DNA from: a virus
Taxonomy: Duplodnaviria; Caudoviricetes
Length of the DNA stretch: 27,574 bases
Direction: 5' to 3' (one strand)
Virus record (IMG/VR): IMGVR_UViG_3300001750_000020
Location: 1 to 27,574 of that record
This document shows, piece after piece, positions 16,822 through 26,602 of the stretch. Both the position numbers and the translations under genes were made by a program. Position 1 is the stretch's first letter. Every line of letters begins with the position of its first letter. The notes beneath the pieces were generated by a model that worked only from the letters and a program-made list of their open reading frames with translations, made no database searches and was not told the DNA's origin.

Positions 16822-17020
16822 AGAAACACCTACGGAAGTAGGAACACAATTCGGAGCAGTATGGGTTTATAATGAAAACATATGGACAAACACTTTCATT
16901 GTAGAGGGAAATGAAAGGTATAACTGGTTGGATGTGTATGGTAATACCAGTCACTCTGACTCTTTAGCAAACCTACCTTGGAGTATACCAGGTGTAGAAG
17001 TTATTTTTATAATTAATTAG
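16808..17020 (+). CDS. Hypothetical protein
   Basis: 70-aa ORF packed between neighbours. Confidence 0.5.
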   Translation: MKQVKETPTEVGTQFGAVWVYNENIWTNTFIVEGNERYNWLDVYGNTSHSDSLANLPWSIPGVEVIFIIN

Positions 17021-17029
17021 GAGAAGTAA

Positions 17030-17695
17030 ATGAGTTTGAATTCAGGTAAGATGAAAGGCGGTAACGGTGGTAATCGAGTACATCAGAAGCTAATTAAACG
17101 TGGTGCCCATATGGCACGTATTGTACAAGTAATTGATATTGGTGTACAAAAGCGTAAGCCATGGAAAGGCACTGAGAAGAAGCCTGTACAGATGATGCGT
17201 GTCACCTATGAGTTTCCTAAGGTGTTGATGATGGATGAGGATGGTAAACCTATTAAGGATAAGCCTCGGTGGTTAACTGAGAAGATGCCTTTATATCCAT
17301 TGAAAGTAGAGAACGCCAAGTCAACCCTACGTATGTCAGTGATAGACCCAGAAGGCGAACTGGAAGGCGACTGGACACAGGTCGGAAACCTACCTGTCAT
17401 GGTTACAATTACCCATTCTAAAGACGGTAAGTATTCTAACATTGGGAGTGTTAGTGAGATGATGGAAGGGATGGATGTTCCTGAGTTACAGAATCCTGTT
17501 AAGATTTTTACTATGGATGAACCAGACCTAGAGGCGTACAATAGCCTACCTGAATTTATACAAGAGGAAATCACTTCTTCATTAGACTTTAATGGCAGTG
17601 CATTGGAGAAACTCCTGAACGGTGATGCTGAGGAAGTGGTTAAGGAAGAGCCTGAAGAGGAAGAGTATGAAGTTGATGATGATGTACCTTACTGA
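17030..17695 (+). CDS. Putative single-stranded DNA-binding protein
   Basis: AGGAG RBS; ARIVQVIDIGVQ beta-rich core; acidic tail ending in an aromatic residue (EEEEYEVDDDVPY); lies between pol and exonuclease. Confidence 0.7.
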   Translation: MSLNSGKMKGGNGGNRVHQKLIKRGAHMARIVQVIDIGVQKRKPWKGTEKKPVQMMRVTYEFPKVLMMDEDGKPIKDKPRWLTEKMPLYPLKVENAKSTLRMSVIDPEGELEGDWTQVGNLPVMVTITHSKDGKYSNIGSVSEMMEGMDVPELQNPVKIFTMDEPDLEAYNSLPEFIQEEITSSLDFNGSALEKLLNGDAEEVVKEEPEEEEYEVDDDVPY

Positions 17696-17741
17696 GAAGT
17701 AGTCTAATAAATACACAAGGAAGTGTTAATCAGGAGTAACT

Positions 17742-18608
17742 ATGAAACTACCTAAGAACATAACTCCATTACTTGACGGAGATTGGGTTGTATATGCAGC
17801 CTGTTCTGCTATAGAATACAGGCATGAAGAACGTTACATCGAGATGGCTACCGAAGAAGGTTGGTGGGAAGACGGTATGAACATACCAGACCCATCATTC
17901 CAAAGTGTCGTTGATGTATTTGAAGGTAAGGTTAAGGAGATTAAACGGGTATTACGTACTAAGACTAACCCAATTATATTCTTCACTGGACCTAATAACT
18001 TCCGTAAGGAAGTAGCTAAGACTAAGGTATACAAGGGTACTCGTAAGGAAGAGAAGCCTTTCTTCTATGAAGACCTTAAAGGTTTGATTGAGTTAAGATA
18101 TGCAACTAAAGTAGATGATACCTTGGAAGCAGATGACCTAATGTCCATACATCAGACAGAATCACCAGATGACACATGCATTGTCACAGTTGATAAAGAT
18201 TTGAGACAGGTTAACGGATGGCACTATTCACCGGAAGGTTGGAACTACCCAAGCTTTGGTCCTAAGTACGTTACAGATGAGAACTCTTATATCGAGTTTA
18301 AGAATCCCGATAAGAAGGGTAAAGGCATTGTAGGGACTGGGTATCAATTTTTCTGGGCACAGATGTTACTTGGGGATAGTACTGATAACATACCAGGATT
18401 ACCAGGTCATGGGCCAGCAGCGGTCATGAAACTACTTGAACAATGCAACACCAAAGGTGAGTGCTTTGAAGCTGTTAGAGACGCTTACAGAGATGTATGC
18501 TGGATGCCTAATGCGTATATGTTAGAACAAGGACAACTCCTATGGATGGTGAGGGAGATAAAGGACGGTAAACCTGTGATGTGGAGTATCCCGAATGCAC
18601 CAAGTTAA
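17742..18608 (+). CDS. 5'-3' exonuclease / RNase H (T7 gp6-like)
   Basis: LLDGD, NFR, YKGTR, EADD, DKDL and GDSTDNIPGLPG motifs. Confidence 0.92.
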   Translation: MKLPKNITPLLDGDWVVYAACSAIEYRHEERYIEMATEEGWWEDGMNIPDPSFQSVVDVFEGKVKEIKRVLRTKTNPIIFFTGPNNFRKEVAKTKVYKGTRKEEKPFFYEDLKGLIELRYATKVDDTLEADDLMSIHQTESPDDTCIVTVDKDLRQVNGWHYSPEGWNYPSFGPKYVTDENSYIEFKNPDKKGKGIVGTGYQFFWAQMLLGDSTDNIPGLPGHGPAAVMKLLEQCNTKGECFEAVRDAYRDVCWMPNAYMLEQGQLLWMVREIKDGKPVMWSIPNAPS

Positions 18609-18783
18609 AAATATACAGGGAGAGAGACTAGATACTAAACCTCCCAATCAAAACTGTAGAACTTGTAAGTACTCGCATGGTAGATTATGTATAGAGTACG
18701 GAGCATTGATACAGACCAATGGACATACACCTAACTATTGTAAAGGTTGGGTTAGGAAGGATACAGATAATGAACGGGATTGA
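18595..18783 (+). CDS. Small Cys-rich hypothetical protein
   Basis: CxxC...C...C; GGAG RBS. Confidence 0.5.
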   Translation: MHQVKNIQGERLDTKPPNQNCRTCKYSHGRLCIEYGALIQTNGHTPNYCKGWVRKDTDNERD

Positions 18784-18994
18784 GATAGTAGATTGTCACC
18801 AACCTTCAGATAGTATAGAATTAAATGTAGAGGTTGATGAGAGTAGAAATGTAGCAGTTATTCTTACTTCATATGAGCATGACACTTGTATAGCGGATGT
18901 AGAAGAGGCTAGTATACGTATTGATAAGTATGGTATTATGAAACTTAGAGATTTTCTAACAGAGGTATTGGATAAGTATGAACATCTATATTGA
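18770..18994 (+). CDS. Hypothetical protein
   Basis: ATG 18770 after AAGGA; overlaps both neighbours. Confidence 0.55.
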   Translation: MNGIEIVDCHQPSDSIELNVEVDESRNVAVILTSYEHDTCIADVEEASIRIDKYGIMKLRDFLTEVLDKYEHLY

Positions 18995-19175
18995 AGAAGA
19001 ACATATATTCCAGGGAAGTGTAGTCCCTGAGTCTGTACATGAACGCAGGGCGTTCGATTGTAGTAACTCATACTGTGCTGGCATAAACTGTGAGGACTGT
19101 ATCCATAGTACAATAGGTTTGAATGTACTTAATAAAGAAGAGTACCTTGAAGGCTTATCTGATGACGAATTTTAG
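18978..19175 (+). CDS. Small Cys-rich hypothetical protein
   Basis: CxxxxCxGIxCxDC motif. Confidence 0.55.
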   Translation: MNIYIEEEHIFQGSVVPESVHERRAFDCSNSYCAGINCEDCIHSTIGLNVLNKEEYLEGLSDDEF

Positions 19176-19386
19176 TAAGGTAATGTTGGAGTATCTAGGC
19201 GTGACTAGTATAGAGTCTGCTAAGGTGTGGGTTAGTAAGCAGATGTGCAGTACATATCGGGCTGAGAAGTTTGCTTCTGAGTATATCCTAGACATGATGG
19301 GTGAACGGAAGTGGCGTACTGAGGATAGTGTTAAGGATTATGTCGATAGCCTTCGTCGTGCTCCATACGTTGGGATGGGAATATGA
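19162..19386 (+). CDS. Hypothetical protein (paralogue of the next gene)
   Basis: Shares EY(L/I)G(V/I)TS...WV..Q.CS...TE..VKDY(V/I)D..R with 19383-19604. Confidence 0.65.
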   Translation: MTNFSKVMLEYLGVTSIESAKVWVSKQMCSTYRAEKFASEYILDMMGERKWRTEDSVKDYVDSLRRAPYVGMGI

Positions 19387-19604
19387 GTTTACTTAAGAGG
19401 GTGTTAGCTGAGTATATAGGTATTACATCTAAGTCTCAGGCATCTATATGGGTACATCATCAGAACTGTTCAGAGATGCAGAAGAGATTATTCTTACAAG
19501 AAGTAGACTATGTGTTTGAAGGTGGTGAAGACATATTTGATACTGAGGAAGATGTTAAAGACTACATTGATATGATTAGAGCTGGATTTAATGGAGATTA
19601 CTAG
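19383..19604 (+). CDS. Hypothetical protein (paralogue of the previous gene)
   Basis: Same shared motifs; ATGA coupling. Confidence 0.65.
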   Translation: MSLLKRVLAEYIGITSKSQASIWVHHQNCSEMQKRLFLQEVDYVFEGGEDIFDTEEDVKDYIDMIRAGFNGDY

Positions 19605-20056
19605 TGAATAAGTTACTACAAGCGGTTATTAATGAAAGTGAACTGTTTGGTTCGAGAGCCTGGGGAGGTAGTACTGATGACTCAGACTGGGACTACATAA
19701 CCTCTATGCTATATATTGTAGATATTAGGACACTCTTAAATTCTGACCCTGAAGTTGAAAATATAATTTGTAGTGAGTATGATAACAATGTCCTAGCTAA
19801 TAAGGAATCAGTTAAGTTTCGATATAGAGGTAAAATTTATAACTTCATATTCTATGAACCTGAGAATCTGTGGATTAGTAAGTCAGTTAACTCTCTAATG
19901 TATAAGATAAAAGACGTAGAGGTATTTCACAAACGGGTTAGCAATAATAAAAGTATAAGAATTAAATTTTGTGAGATGTACTTCGATACCCTAAACCCTT
20001 TGGATTTAGATGTTAATACGGATACATACCCTTCAGTACCTTGGGGTACACATTGA
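19604..20056 (+). CDS. Pol-beta superfamily nucleotidyltransferase
   Basis: LFGSRAWG...DSDWDY matches the hGS-x9-DxD signature. Confidence 0.75.
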   Translation: MNKLLQAVINESELFGSRAWGGSTDDSDWDYITSMLYIVDIRTLLNSDPEVENIICSEYDNNVLANKESVKFRYRGKIYNFIFYEPENLWISKSVNSLMYKIKDVEVFHKRVSNNKSIRIKFCEMYFDTLNPLDLDVNTDTYPSVPWGTH

Positions 20057-20069
20057 TAGGAAATTACAA

Positions 20070-20477
20070 ATGTCGGATAAAACAAGAAACAATGGTAACT
20101 GGACTGAGGCTAGGTACAATAGCTTTATAACTTCAGCTTTACGAAACGCTCATGGTAGATGGGGCCCTAAGGCACAGGCTAAGAAGAATGCTAGAATAAG
20201 TCGTGGTATATATCGCTGTAGTGCGTGCGGTGAACTAGGTCCAGCTACTCTACCACCAGACCCAGGAAAGAAGAGACGTAAGAACAATGCAGCAGTCGAC
20301 CATATTGAACCAGTGGTTGACCCAGCAGTTGGTAAGACAACATGGGATGAATATATCAACAGGATGTTTGTAGAGGTGGAAGGATACCAAGTACTCTGTT
20401 ACAGTTGTCATAAGAAAAAGACTAATGAAGAGACCAAGGTCGCCGCTGAACGTAGGAGTAAAGAGAAAGATGCCTAG
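20070..20477 (+). CDS. HNH endonuclease
   Basis: WTEARYNSFITSALR, YRCSAC, VDHIEPVV, QVLCYSCHKKKT. Confidence 0.85.
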   Translation: MSDKTRNNGNWTEARYNSFITSALRNAHGRWGPKAQAKKNARISRGIYRCSACGELGPATLPPDPGKKRRKNNAAVDHIEPVVDPAVGKTTWDEYINRMFVEVEGYQVLCYSCHKKKTNEETKVAAERRSKEKDA

Positions 20478-20646
20478 TTATTATGTTGATGGAGGACCAG
20501 TAGACGTTGATGAGGTTTTACCTTCGTTAAAGTTCTATACTAATGACGGATTTATCATATGGGATGAAGCCCTAGTTTCTGTTGATGAAGTGGTAGCCTC
20601 AGTAGAATTATACTATAGGTTGAAGGAAGAAAATAATGATGAATGA
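20470..20646 (+). CDS. Hypothetical protein
   Basis: ATG 20470 after AGGAG. Confidence 0.5.
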   Translation: MPSYYVDGGPVDVDEVLPSLKFYTNDGFIIWDEALVSVDEVVASVELYYRLKEENNDE

Positions 20647-20875
20647 GTATGAGGGTTACAGTCTATTCATAGATGTTGATGATTACAAATTAGCACAGAA
20701 TAATAGGATGAAGGTCTTAGTCAAGATGATTGAAGGTAATCTAACAGATGAGGGTATGTTATCCACACAAGGCATTGATATAATAGTTGGATATGTTAGA
20801 AGCTTCGACGGGATGGTACAAGATAATTTACTAACCAAACTAACTAAAGAGCTGAAGAGAAGGAATCTGTTATGA
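20636..20875 (+). CDS. Hypothetical protein
   Basis: 79 aa, coupled to its neighbours. Confidence 0.6.
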   Translation: MMNEYEGYSLFIDVDDYKLAQNNRMKVLVKMIEGNLTDEGMLSTQGIDIIVGYVRSFDGMVQDNLLTKLTKELKRRNLL

Positions 20876-21078
20876 ATACTAGACATCGTTCTGAACGTTC
20901 TGTTAGGAGTAAAACTGTTATGGGAGTTGAGCTTCTAATCTATGAAGGGAAGAACAACACAACAATTTATACGACACAAGCTGGTAACATTATATGGGAT
21001 ACAGGGAGTACCTCCGATTCATCAGTAAGAGCTGCCCTATTTGCACATGCAACTAGGTCTAAAGGGGATTTAAAGTGA
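20872..21078 (+). CDS. Hypothetical protein
   Basis: ATGA/GTGA overlaps. Confidence 0.55.
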   Translation: MNTRHRSERSVRSKTVMGVELLIYEGKNNTTIYTTQAGNIIWDTGSTSDSSVRAALFAHATRSKGDLK

Positions 21079-21842
21079 GTAGGGATATATTAGTAATAGC
21101 GGACACACAAGTAACAAAAGACTCTAACCTTGAGCATCTCCGTTCCCTGGCAAGGTACATTATCAAACATCGTCCAGCACACATAGTACACATAGGTGAC
21201 AATTGGGACTTCGAGAGTTTAAGTTTCTATGCTTCCCCTCTAGAGAGTGAAGGGCGTAGACTAGCTGATGACTTAGCTGCTGGATTTGTAGCACTTAACA
21301 TCATAACTGATGCAATCAACGAGATGAATGCTAAACAGAAGAAGAAGAAGTACAAGCCTACTTTAAACTTCATTGCTGGAAACCATGAGGAACGTCTGTT
21401 CCGTATGGAGGCGAAGAACCCGCACCTATCTGGGCTAGTTGACCTGGTTGGTGGTATTGAAGTATCCGGTTGGACCTTTAACAAATACCTTATGCCATTA
21501 TGGTTAGATGGTATTGCATTCAATCATTACATGCCTAATCCTGAGAGCGGTAAGCCAATAGGCGGTGGTATTGAGAACAAGCTTAACAAACATCAACACT
21601 CTTTCGTACATGGACACCAACAAAAGTATCAGTATGGTAGAAGACAAACTATGAATGGACAGCCTCACTTTGGTGTTTGTGCTGGAGCATTCTATATTAA
21701 TGATGAAGCTTATCGAGGTGCATATAACACGGAGATTAGGGGATTTGTCCACATGAAGAACTTTACTAATCGGTATGGCTTCAGTGATTATGACGTAGAC
21801 TTTGTTAGCTTAGAAAGATTGATGGAGAAGTACCATGTATAA
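21075..21842 (+). CDS. Calcineurin-like metallophosphoesterase
   Basis: IADTQ, HIGDNWD, GNHE, FNH and VHGHQQ motifs. Confidence 0.88.
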   Translation: MSRDILVIADTQVTKDSNLEHLRSLARYIIKHRPAHIVHIGDNWDFESLSFYASPLESEGRRLADDLAAGFVALNIITDAINEMNAKQKKKKYKPTLNFIAGNHEERLFRMEAKNPHLSGLVDLVGGIEVSGWTFNKYLMPLWLDGIAFNHYMPNPESGKPIGGGIENKLNKHQHSFVHGHQQKYQYGRRQTMNGQPHFGVCAGAFYINDEAYRGAYNTEIRGFVHMKNFTNRYGFSDYDVDFVSLERLMEKYHV

Positions 21843-21898
21843 ATTCGTACTCGTACGTACTGATTGTTGGGTACAATTAAATACGACAGTTCCTAAAG

Positions 21899-22108
21899 AT
21901 GCAGAGTAAATGGCAGTCACTAAAGGAAACTGTAACTCATGTAGGGTTAGGTTATATAGCTGCCCTTGCTACTCAGTTTGTTGTCTTTCCAATGTATGGA
22001 ATGGATGTTACATTCTTTGAGCAGTTACAAATCGGTTGGATATTTACAGCAGTAGCCCTGGCTAGGGTGTTCTTAGTCAGACGGTACTATAATTGGAAGC
22101 ACAAATGA
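21899..22108 (+). CDS. Small two-TM phage membrane protein
   Basis: QS..QSL.E...VG.GY...Q...FP...R....RR.yN pattern common in phages. Confidence 0.65.
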   Translation: MQSKWQSLKETVTHVGLGYIAALATQFVVFPMYGMDVTFFEQLQIGWIFTAVALARVFLVRRYYNWKHK

Positions 22109-22233
22109 TTAACTGGAGAGTTGTAGGTAAGACACTATATGAGATGGCGCTGCTTGTACTGGCTGATTGGTTAGACAAGCTTGCTAAACTTTCAGATGTG
22201 AACTACAGAATAGATATTGAGGGATTGGAATAA
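22105..22233 (+). CDS. Small hypothetical protein (42 aa)
   Basis: ATGA overlap; read manually. Confidence 0.4.
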   Translation: MINWRVVGKTLYEMALLVLADWLDKLAKLSDVNYRIDIEGLE

Positions 22234-22340
22234 CTGTAACAACCGATGTAGTACTTTATTTGGTAAAGGATAAATTATGATTGAGACATATGTAGTGGTG
22301 ATTATAGTACTTATATCAGCGATGATATGGGAAGATATGG

Positions 22341-22925
22341 ATGAACATTAGATTAGTTGACTACACCAGTGATTCTGAGAGGTCAGTAGCACGACATGCT
22401 GGTGTATGTTATGGCTCACCAACAGATGATAATAGCTTAGATAGACGTATAAAACACCTGATGAAGGTAAAACACTTAGCAACATTGAGGTTTGCATATG
22501 CTACCTTTGAAGTGGATGGTGTTAGCCGTAACTGTACACACCAGCTCGTGAGACACCCTCACATCTCCTATCTCCAAGAATCACAACGTTATGTAAAGAC
22601 TAGGATTGAGTGGGTTACACCTCCTGATATTGCCTCTAGGCCAGACCTGAATGTAATATTTCAAGATAGTTGCTCTGATGTTTTTCAGCTATACCAACAT
22701 CTAACGGAGAGTGGCATAAAGAAAGAGGATGCACGATATGTATTACCATCTGCAGCAATCAGTAAGATTATGATGACTGGTAACTTGCAGTCATGGTACG
22801 ATTTTTTAGTTAACAGAACAGACAGCCATGCACAATGGGAAATAAGAGAGGTTGCTGTTGAGGTTGGTAAGCAGCTCTATGCAGTAGCACCTAATGTATT
22901 TAAAGAATTTAAAGGCGAAGAATAG
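22341..22925 (+). CDS. thyX: Flavin-dependent thymidylate synthase
   Basis: VSR..THQLVRH..SYLQESQRY, EDARYVLP and HAQWEIR motifs. Confidence 0.95.
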   Translation: MNIRLVDYTSDSERSVARHAGVCYGSPTDDNSLDRRIKHLMKVKHLATLRFAYATFEVDGVSRNCTHQLVRHPHISYLQESQRYVKTRIEWVTPPDIASRPDLNVIFQDSCSDVFQLYQHLTESGIKKEDARYVLPSAAISKIMMTGNLQSWYDFLVNRTDSHAQWEIREVAVEVGKQLYAVAPNVFKEFKGEE

Positions 22926-23269
22926 TGGAAGATATATATAATAGGATAGAAGGTGATGCTGATGAGTACTATAGCTTAGACCCCTTCCCTTCAGTACCAC
23001 AATCTGAATCTAATGAGTCAGACGGTGGTTCATCCTCCTACTACGGGTTTGTAATACCTGGGGTAGGTCTCATGCAAGTAGAAGATATTATACAGTATAT
23101 GGTAGGAAATGACTTTGACCTGGGGAATGTTATAAAAGCATCTCGACGTATATACATGTATTCGAGAGGGAAGGGAAAGAAAGGAACCAGTGCTGAGTAT
23201 GACTGGAACAAAATTAAATATACATCCGAGAAACGGTTACGGAGGATACGTGATGGTATACACAGATAA
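22925..23269 (+). CDS. DUF3310-like protein
   Basis: DGGSSSYY...DII......F.LGNVIKA..R...DW.KI pattern. Confidence 0.6.
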   Translation: MEDIYNRIEGDADEYYSLDPFPSVPQSESNESDGGSSSYYGFVIPGVGLMQVEDIIQYMVGNDFDLGNVIKASRRIYMYSRGKGKKGTSAEYDWNKIKYTSEKRLRRIRDGIHR

Positions 23270-23462
23270 ATCAGATGAGGTAACAACACATAGAGGACAA
23301 CAGGTGGTAGCAGAAACAGAGTTGTTACTGGCTAAACAATATACTAGTGAAGATAGAATTTACTCATACATATCTGCACTTGAAGAGAAGTTTAGCGAGG
23401 ATAATCCAAGCTCTTGGTATTCGATAGGTAAATACCTCCAGACTAAAAAGGATAATCAATGA
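23253..23462 (+). CDS. Hypothetical protein
   Basis: GGAGG RBS before 23250/23253. Confidence 0.55.
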   Translation: MVYTDKSDEVTTHRGQQVVAETELLLAKQYTSEDRIYSYISALEEKFSEDNPSSWYSIGKYLQTKKDNQ

Positions 23463-23635
23463 TTTCAAACAATTTTATAACAGTACCTCGTGATGAATGG
23501 GATGAGTTACAAGTTGAACTTCTTAGACTATATGCTATAGAGCGTAGAGTGATTAGTCGAGTAAAGATACCAGATGAAACACTTGACGAGTACATTAATA
23601 ACCTACCTAAACTAGAGGATAGACTATGGGTTTAA
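23459..23635 (+). CDS. Small hypothetical protein (58 aa)
   Basis: AAGGA RBS, ATGA overlap; read manually. Confidence 0.45.
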   Translation: MISNNFITVPRDEWDELQVELLRLYAIERRVISRVKIPDETLDEYINNLPKLEDRLWV

Positions 23636-25608
23636 ACCACAATGAAATACGCGGTAATGTAGTTGCAAGGCGTACGTATAGCCGCCCATTGAATGAGGAA
23701 GGTACTGAGTTTGAGACCTGGCATCAGACTATTACCAGAGTTATTGGCCATCAGAGATGGCTGTGGGAACGTGCTAAGGACGAACCTCTAAATGAAATTG
23801 ATGAGTCTGAACTTGATGAGCTTAAAGACCTCCTACTATCTAAGAAATCTTCTGTATCCGGTAGAACCCTTTGGCTTGGTGGCACTGAGGTTGCCAAGAA
23901 GCGAGAGGCCAGTCAGTTTAATTGCACATTCACTAAGTTAGAAACAGTCAATGATGTGGTTGATATGATATGGCTATTAATGCAAGGTTCTGGAACAGGA
24001 TTTTTACCTGTCACTGGTGTACTAAATGGATTTTCTAAGAACATAGAAGAGATTGGAACCATTAGTAGTACATTGACAGAGAAGTTATTAGGTGTTGATG
24101 AAAACATTGAAATCTTTGAAGATGGTGTATGGACTATAAAAGTAGGTGACTCTGCTGAAGGATGGGCTAAAGCTTTTGGTAAACTAATAGCAGGCAAGTA
24201 CTCTGCTCGTCAATTAGTATTTGATTTTTCAAACATTAGACCTGCTGGTGAGAGATTAAACGGGTATGGGTGGATTAGTAGTGGTGATTCATCACTAGGA
24301 AACGCACTAGTGGCTATCGCCGAGATACTTAATAAGAGGGCAGGACAGCTCCTAACACGTATTGATTTGTTAGACATAGGTAATTGGCTAGGTACTGTAT
24401 TAAGTAGCCGTAGGAGTGCAGAGATCGCCTTCCACAGGTTCGGAGACCCTGAGTGGGAAGAGTTTGCAGTTGCTAAGAAGGACTGTGCAATTGATAACCC
24501 GCAACGGTATCAATCTAACAACTCATTACTGTTCTACCATAAGCCAACTAAGTTGGAGTTGCGTGGTCTATTTGAGATGATGCTTGAATCAGGAGGGAGT
24601 GAGCCTGGATTCTTCAATGCTAAGTCAGCAGAAGAGAGGGCGCCTTGGTTTAAAGGTGCCAATCCTTGCGGAGAAATTCTCCTTGGCAATAAAAGTCAAT
24701 GCAACCTAGTAGAAACTAACCTTACAGCATTCAACAATGATTGGGAAGGACTACTAAAAGCTATCCACCTTATAGGAAGAGCTAACTATAGACAGACCTG
24801 TGTTAATCTAAAGGACGGTATACTCCAAGACTCCTGGCACGAACTTAATGAGTTTCTCAGACTGACTGGAGTAGGTGTTACTGGTATCACGGGGTGGGAG
24901 TTTAAGGATGATGCAGGTATGTGGCAACTCATTAGAGATAAAGCCCATGAATCTGTTAACTCTATGGCATACGAGCTTGGCTTACCTCGCTCTAAAGCCA
25001 CTACGACAATTAAACCGAGCGGAACGCTAAGCAAAGTGATGGGGGTTACAGAGGGTATTCATAAACCGCTAGGAAAGTACATCTTCAACAATATTATATT
25101 TGCTAAGGCAGACCCATTAGTATCTAAACTGAGAGGAGCTGGTTATGCAATCATGGACAACCCTAGGGATAGTAAATCTTACATCATTACTTTTCCTGTA
25201 CGCTGGGATAGTGTGGAGTTTGACCGGGTATTGGATAGAGGGAGACAGTTGGACATTAACACGGACACGGCTATTCAACAACTTGATAGATACAAGCTTG
25301 TCATGGATAACTATGTTGACCATAATTGTTCTATTACAGTAAGCTATAGTCCCGAAGAAGTACCAGACATTGTCAATTGGCTTGATGAGAACTGGGATAC
25401 ATATGTTGGTGTTAGCTGGCTACTACGTGATGACCCAACTAAGACAGCACAGGACCTAGGTTTCGATTACCTACCACAAGACGTTGTAACAAAGGAGGTA
25501 TGGGAAGAGTATGCTAGTAGCTTACGAGGTTTTGACTTTGAAGGGACGGAAACTTTTTCAGAAATATCACATGAGACTTGTTCAACAGGTTCATGTCCAA
25601 TTAAATAG
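23626..25608 (+). CDS. nrdJ: Class II (adenosylcobalamin-dependent) ribonucleoside-triphosphate reductase
   Basis: RRTYSR, GRTLW, FNC, RRSAEI, GSEPG, NPCGEI, KPSGT and C-terminal CSTGSCPIK; no NrdB subunit adjacent. Confidence 0.92.
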   Translation: MGLNHNEIRGNVVARRTYSRPLNEEGTEFETWHQTITRVIGHQRWLWERAKDEPLNEIDESELDELKDLLLSKKSSVSGRTLWLGGTEVAKKREASQFNCTFTKLETVNDVVDMIWLLMQGSGTGFLPVTGVLNGFSKNIEEIGTISSTLTEKLLGVDENIEIFEDGVWTIKVGDSAEGWAKAFGKLIAGKYSARQLVFDFSNIRPAGERLNGYGWISSGDSSLGNALVAIAEILNKRAGQLLTRIDLLDIGNWLGTVLSSRRSAEIAFHRFGDPEWEEFAVAKKDCAIDNPQRYQSNNSLLFYHKPTKLELRGLFEMMLESGGSEPGFFNAKSAEERAPWFKGANPCGEILLGNKSQCNLVETNLTAFNNDWEGLLKAIHLIGRANYRQTCVNLKDGILQDSWHELNEFLRLTGVGVTGITGWEFKDDAGMWQLIRDKAHESVNSMAYELGLPRSKATTTIKPSGTLSKVMGVTEGIHKPLGKYIFNNIIFAKADPLVSKLRGAGYAIMDNPRDSKSYIITFPVRWDSVEFDRVLDRGRQLDINTDTAIQQLDRYKLVMDNYVDHNCSITVSYSPEEVPDIVNWLDENWDTYVGVSWLLRDDPTKTAQDLGFDYLPQDVVTKEVWEEYASSLRGFDFEGTETFSEISHETCSTGSCPIK

Positions 25609-25616
25609 GAGGAAAT

Positions 25617-25874
25617 ATGATATTCTGTGAAGCAAGAAGATTATTACTAGAAGGTAGGATGGTAAGACGTGATGGGTGGGCAGGTAAAGATGTATACCTG
25701 TTTATGGTAGAGAGTACGGAGTGGGAGTTTACTACTGACATTGAGGACCATCAAATTAATGAAGCCAGGACTACTGGATTTATAGCCATGCGAACCTCTC
25801 TAAATGAAGTTGCTCCTTGGAATCCTAATCAGAATGATATAATGTCATCCGATTGGTTGGAATACTTTCCATGA
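25617..25874 (+). CDS. DUF2829 / Tad2-like anti-defence sponge protein
   Basis: M.F.EA...L.EG..V.R.GW.GK..YL....VAPW.P.Q.DI.S.DW signature; AGGAGG RBS. Confidence 0.8.
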   Translation: MIFCEARRLLLEGRMVRRDGWAGKDVYLFMVESTEWEFTTDIEDHQINEARTTGFIAMRTSLNEVAPWNPNQNDIMSSDWLEYFP

Positions 25875-26044
25875 AAATTGAAGTAGGCGATGAAGTTACC
25901 TTCGATAGGGGAGGGCAAAGGATAGTAGGTGTTGTTCGGTTTGTTAATAAGAGTTTCTTGTTAGTTTATTCTGAACAACTCAACCAGAGTAACCATGAAG
26001 TCGTTGTTGAAATTGAGAATGATAAAGTAAGGGTAGGTACGTGA
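25871..26044 (+). CDS. Small SH3/KOW-like hypothetical protein
   Basis: MKIEVGDEVTF...GVVRFV; ATGA overlap. Confidence 0.55.
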   Translation: MKIEVGDEVTFDRGGQRIVGVVRFVNKSFLLVYSEQLNQSNHEVVVEIENDKVRVGT

Positions 26045-26045
26045 T

Positions 26046-26303
26046 ATGATTGGTTATAAGATAGGTACAGTAATAAACTCCATCGCTGAGAGGTTTAATG
26101 AGATAATCACAGTGGTGTTCCTGGATAAAGGTAAAGGTGAAATCTCAGTTGATGGAGTGAACCCTTCTTTGGTATACTCATTCTTAGACTCTATTAATTT
26201 TGGGGAGTATGAGATTGTTCAACTTAAAGACTTTGTATACATTGACACTAACAGTGAAGTTGAAATCAGAAGTGCTATTGAAAAGGAAAATGAGACAGGT
26301 TAG
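26046..26303 (+). CDS. Hypothetical protein
   Basis: 85-aa ORF coupled to the previous gene. Confidence 0.5.
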   Translation: MIGYKIGTVINSIAERFNEIITVVFLDKGKGEISVDGVNPSLVYSFLDSINFGEYEIVQLKDFVYIDTNSEVEIRSAIEKENETG

Positions 26304-26365
26304 TTAGTAGTTATCACTATGAATTAGATAAATAATTGACTTAAGTAATATAGTAGGAAAATAGA

Positions 26366-26602
26366 ATGATTATAACAGGTAGTAATGGTAAAGGGTATTA
26401 CATAGATTTAATGTCCGCTTTCTTAAACACAATTGGTTTTGTTGCATTAGTGACATCAATATGGGATGGAACATTAGCATTGATTGTAGGTATGCTCATC
26501 TTCATCTATGATGCAATGATACACCCTTACCCGGTGATTACTGAGTTAGAGGATGTAGATGATGATGACGATTGGGGTGATGATGATATGGATACTGTAT
26601 GA
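26366..26602 (+). CDS. Small membrane protein with acidic tail
   Basis: Two hydrophobic segments and a C-terminal DDDDD run. Confidence 0.55.
   Translation: MIITGSNGKGYYIDLMSAFLNTIGFVALVTSIWDGTLALIVGMLIFIYDAMIHPYPVITELEDVDDDDDWGDDDMDTV

Noticed and set aside
26336-26367. Sigma70 promoters at TTGACT 26336 and TTGACA 6776
   Set aside because: No acceptable -10 at 16-18 nt spacing.
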